Positions 63,915 through 64,000 of a stretch of DNA of 64,000 nucleotides are shown in pieces. Under the pieces are notes generated by a model that saw only the letters and a program-made list of their open reading frames with translations, was not told the origin of the DNA and made no database searches. The position numbers and the translations under genes are program-made. This DNA comes from Candidatus Zixiibacteriota bacterium (GTDB lineage Bacteria > Zixibacteria > MSB-5A5 > GN15 > PGXB01): contig JAFGAL010000013.1 of NCBI GenBank assembly GCA_016933695.1, positions 17,459 to 81,458 of the forward strand, in the 5' to 3' direction. The number at the start of each line of letters is the position of its first letter. Within the stretch, counting starts at the first letter, position 1.

Positions 63915-64000
63915 TTTCGCCGGACTGGTGTCCCTGTGGTGCGAATGTCATGGGCTATAACGTTTGTCCCGGAAACGGATTGCTTGCCCCGAGACTGGCA

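Noticed and set aside
1-64000. Selenoprotein genes (in-frame TGA) to go with tRNA-Sec
   Set aside because: I found no pair of same-frame adjacent ORFs split by a single TGA in a recognisable selenoprotein family. All large genes read through uninterrupted, so any selenoprotein genes must lie elsewhere.
63908-64000. Possible 3' end of a minus-strand CDS running off the right edge (reading ...NVIAHDIRTTGTPVRRKA-stop)
   Set aside because: It is only ~30 codons long, two frames are open, and there is no motif to support either. It cannot be called from this window.

Overview
This 64-kb chromosomal window comes from a diderm bacterium. It is almost wholly coding, and nearly all genes are on the minus strand; I found only two credible plus-strand CDS. 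The gene content includes PorU/PorV-type type IX secretion (T9SS) components, T9SS C-terminal sorting domains, a Bat/MoxR-VWA operon, a complete bshC-bshA-bshB1 bacillithiol set and dockerin-like repeats. This suggests an uncultivated member of the Fibrobacteres-Chlorobi-Bacteroidetes (FCB) superphylum, but that is inference only. In transcription order (high to low coordinates) the window contains: (1) a citF-like CoA-transferase, mntP, a plus-strand aspartyl-protease/PDZ protein, an asparaginase and a Tpl/TnaA lyase; (2) an 8-gene, tightly packed outer-membrane/T9SS operon: PorU, a PorV-like barrel with a ~570-aa insertion, an M6 peptidase cargo, two paralogous unknown proteins, an NHL lipoprotein, a 1088-aa putative beta-barrel and an Omp85 protein; (3) a UbiA prenyltransferase; (4) an 11-gene extended Bat operon; (5) a flippase-like gene and corA; (6) TetR-TolC-MFP-RND fused head-to-tail with bshCAB; (7) tRNA-Sec; (8) an accessory patch with a DNRLRE lipoprotein and two tandemly duplicated Cys/His-rich dockerin proteins; (9) a six-gene lipid-carrier glycosylation cluster; (10) accA, a trm112-like gene, ptsN and mreC/mreD. 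I saw no transposase, integrase, CRISPR array, rRNA or phage genes. I trimmed several ORF-track starts to internal ATGs that have GGAGG-type ribosome-binding sites or ATGA stop/start overlaps. GTG/TTG starts and translational coupling are common. All family calls rest on motifs and architectures I recognised by eye; no database search was run.
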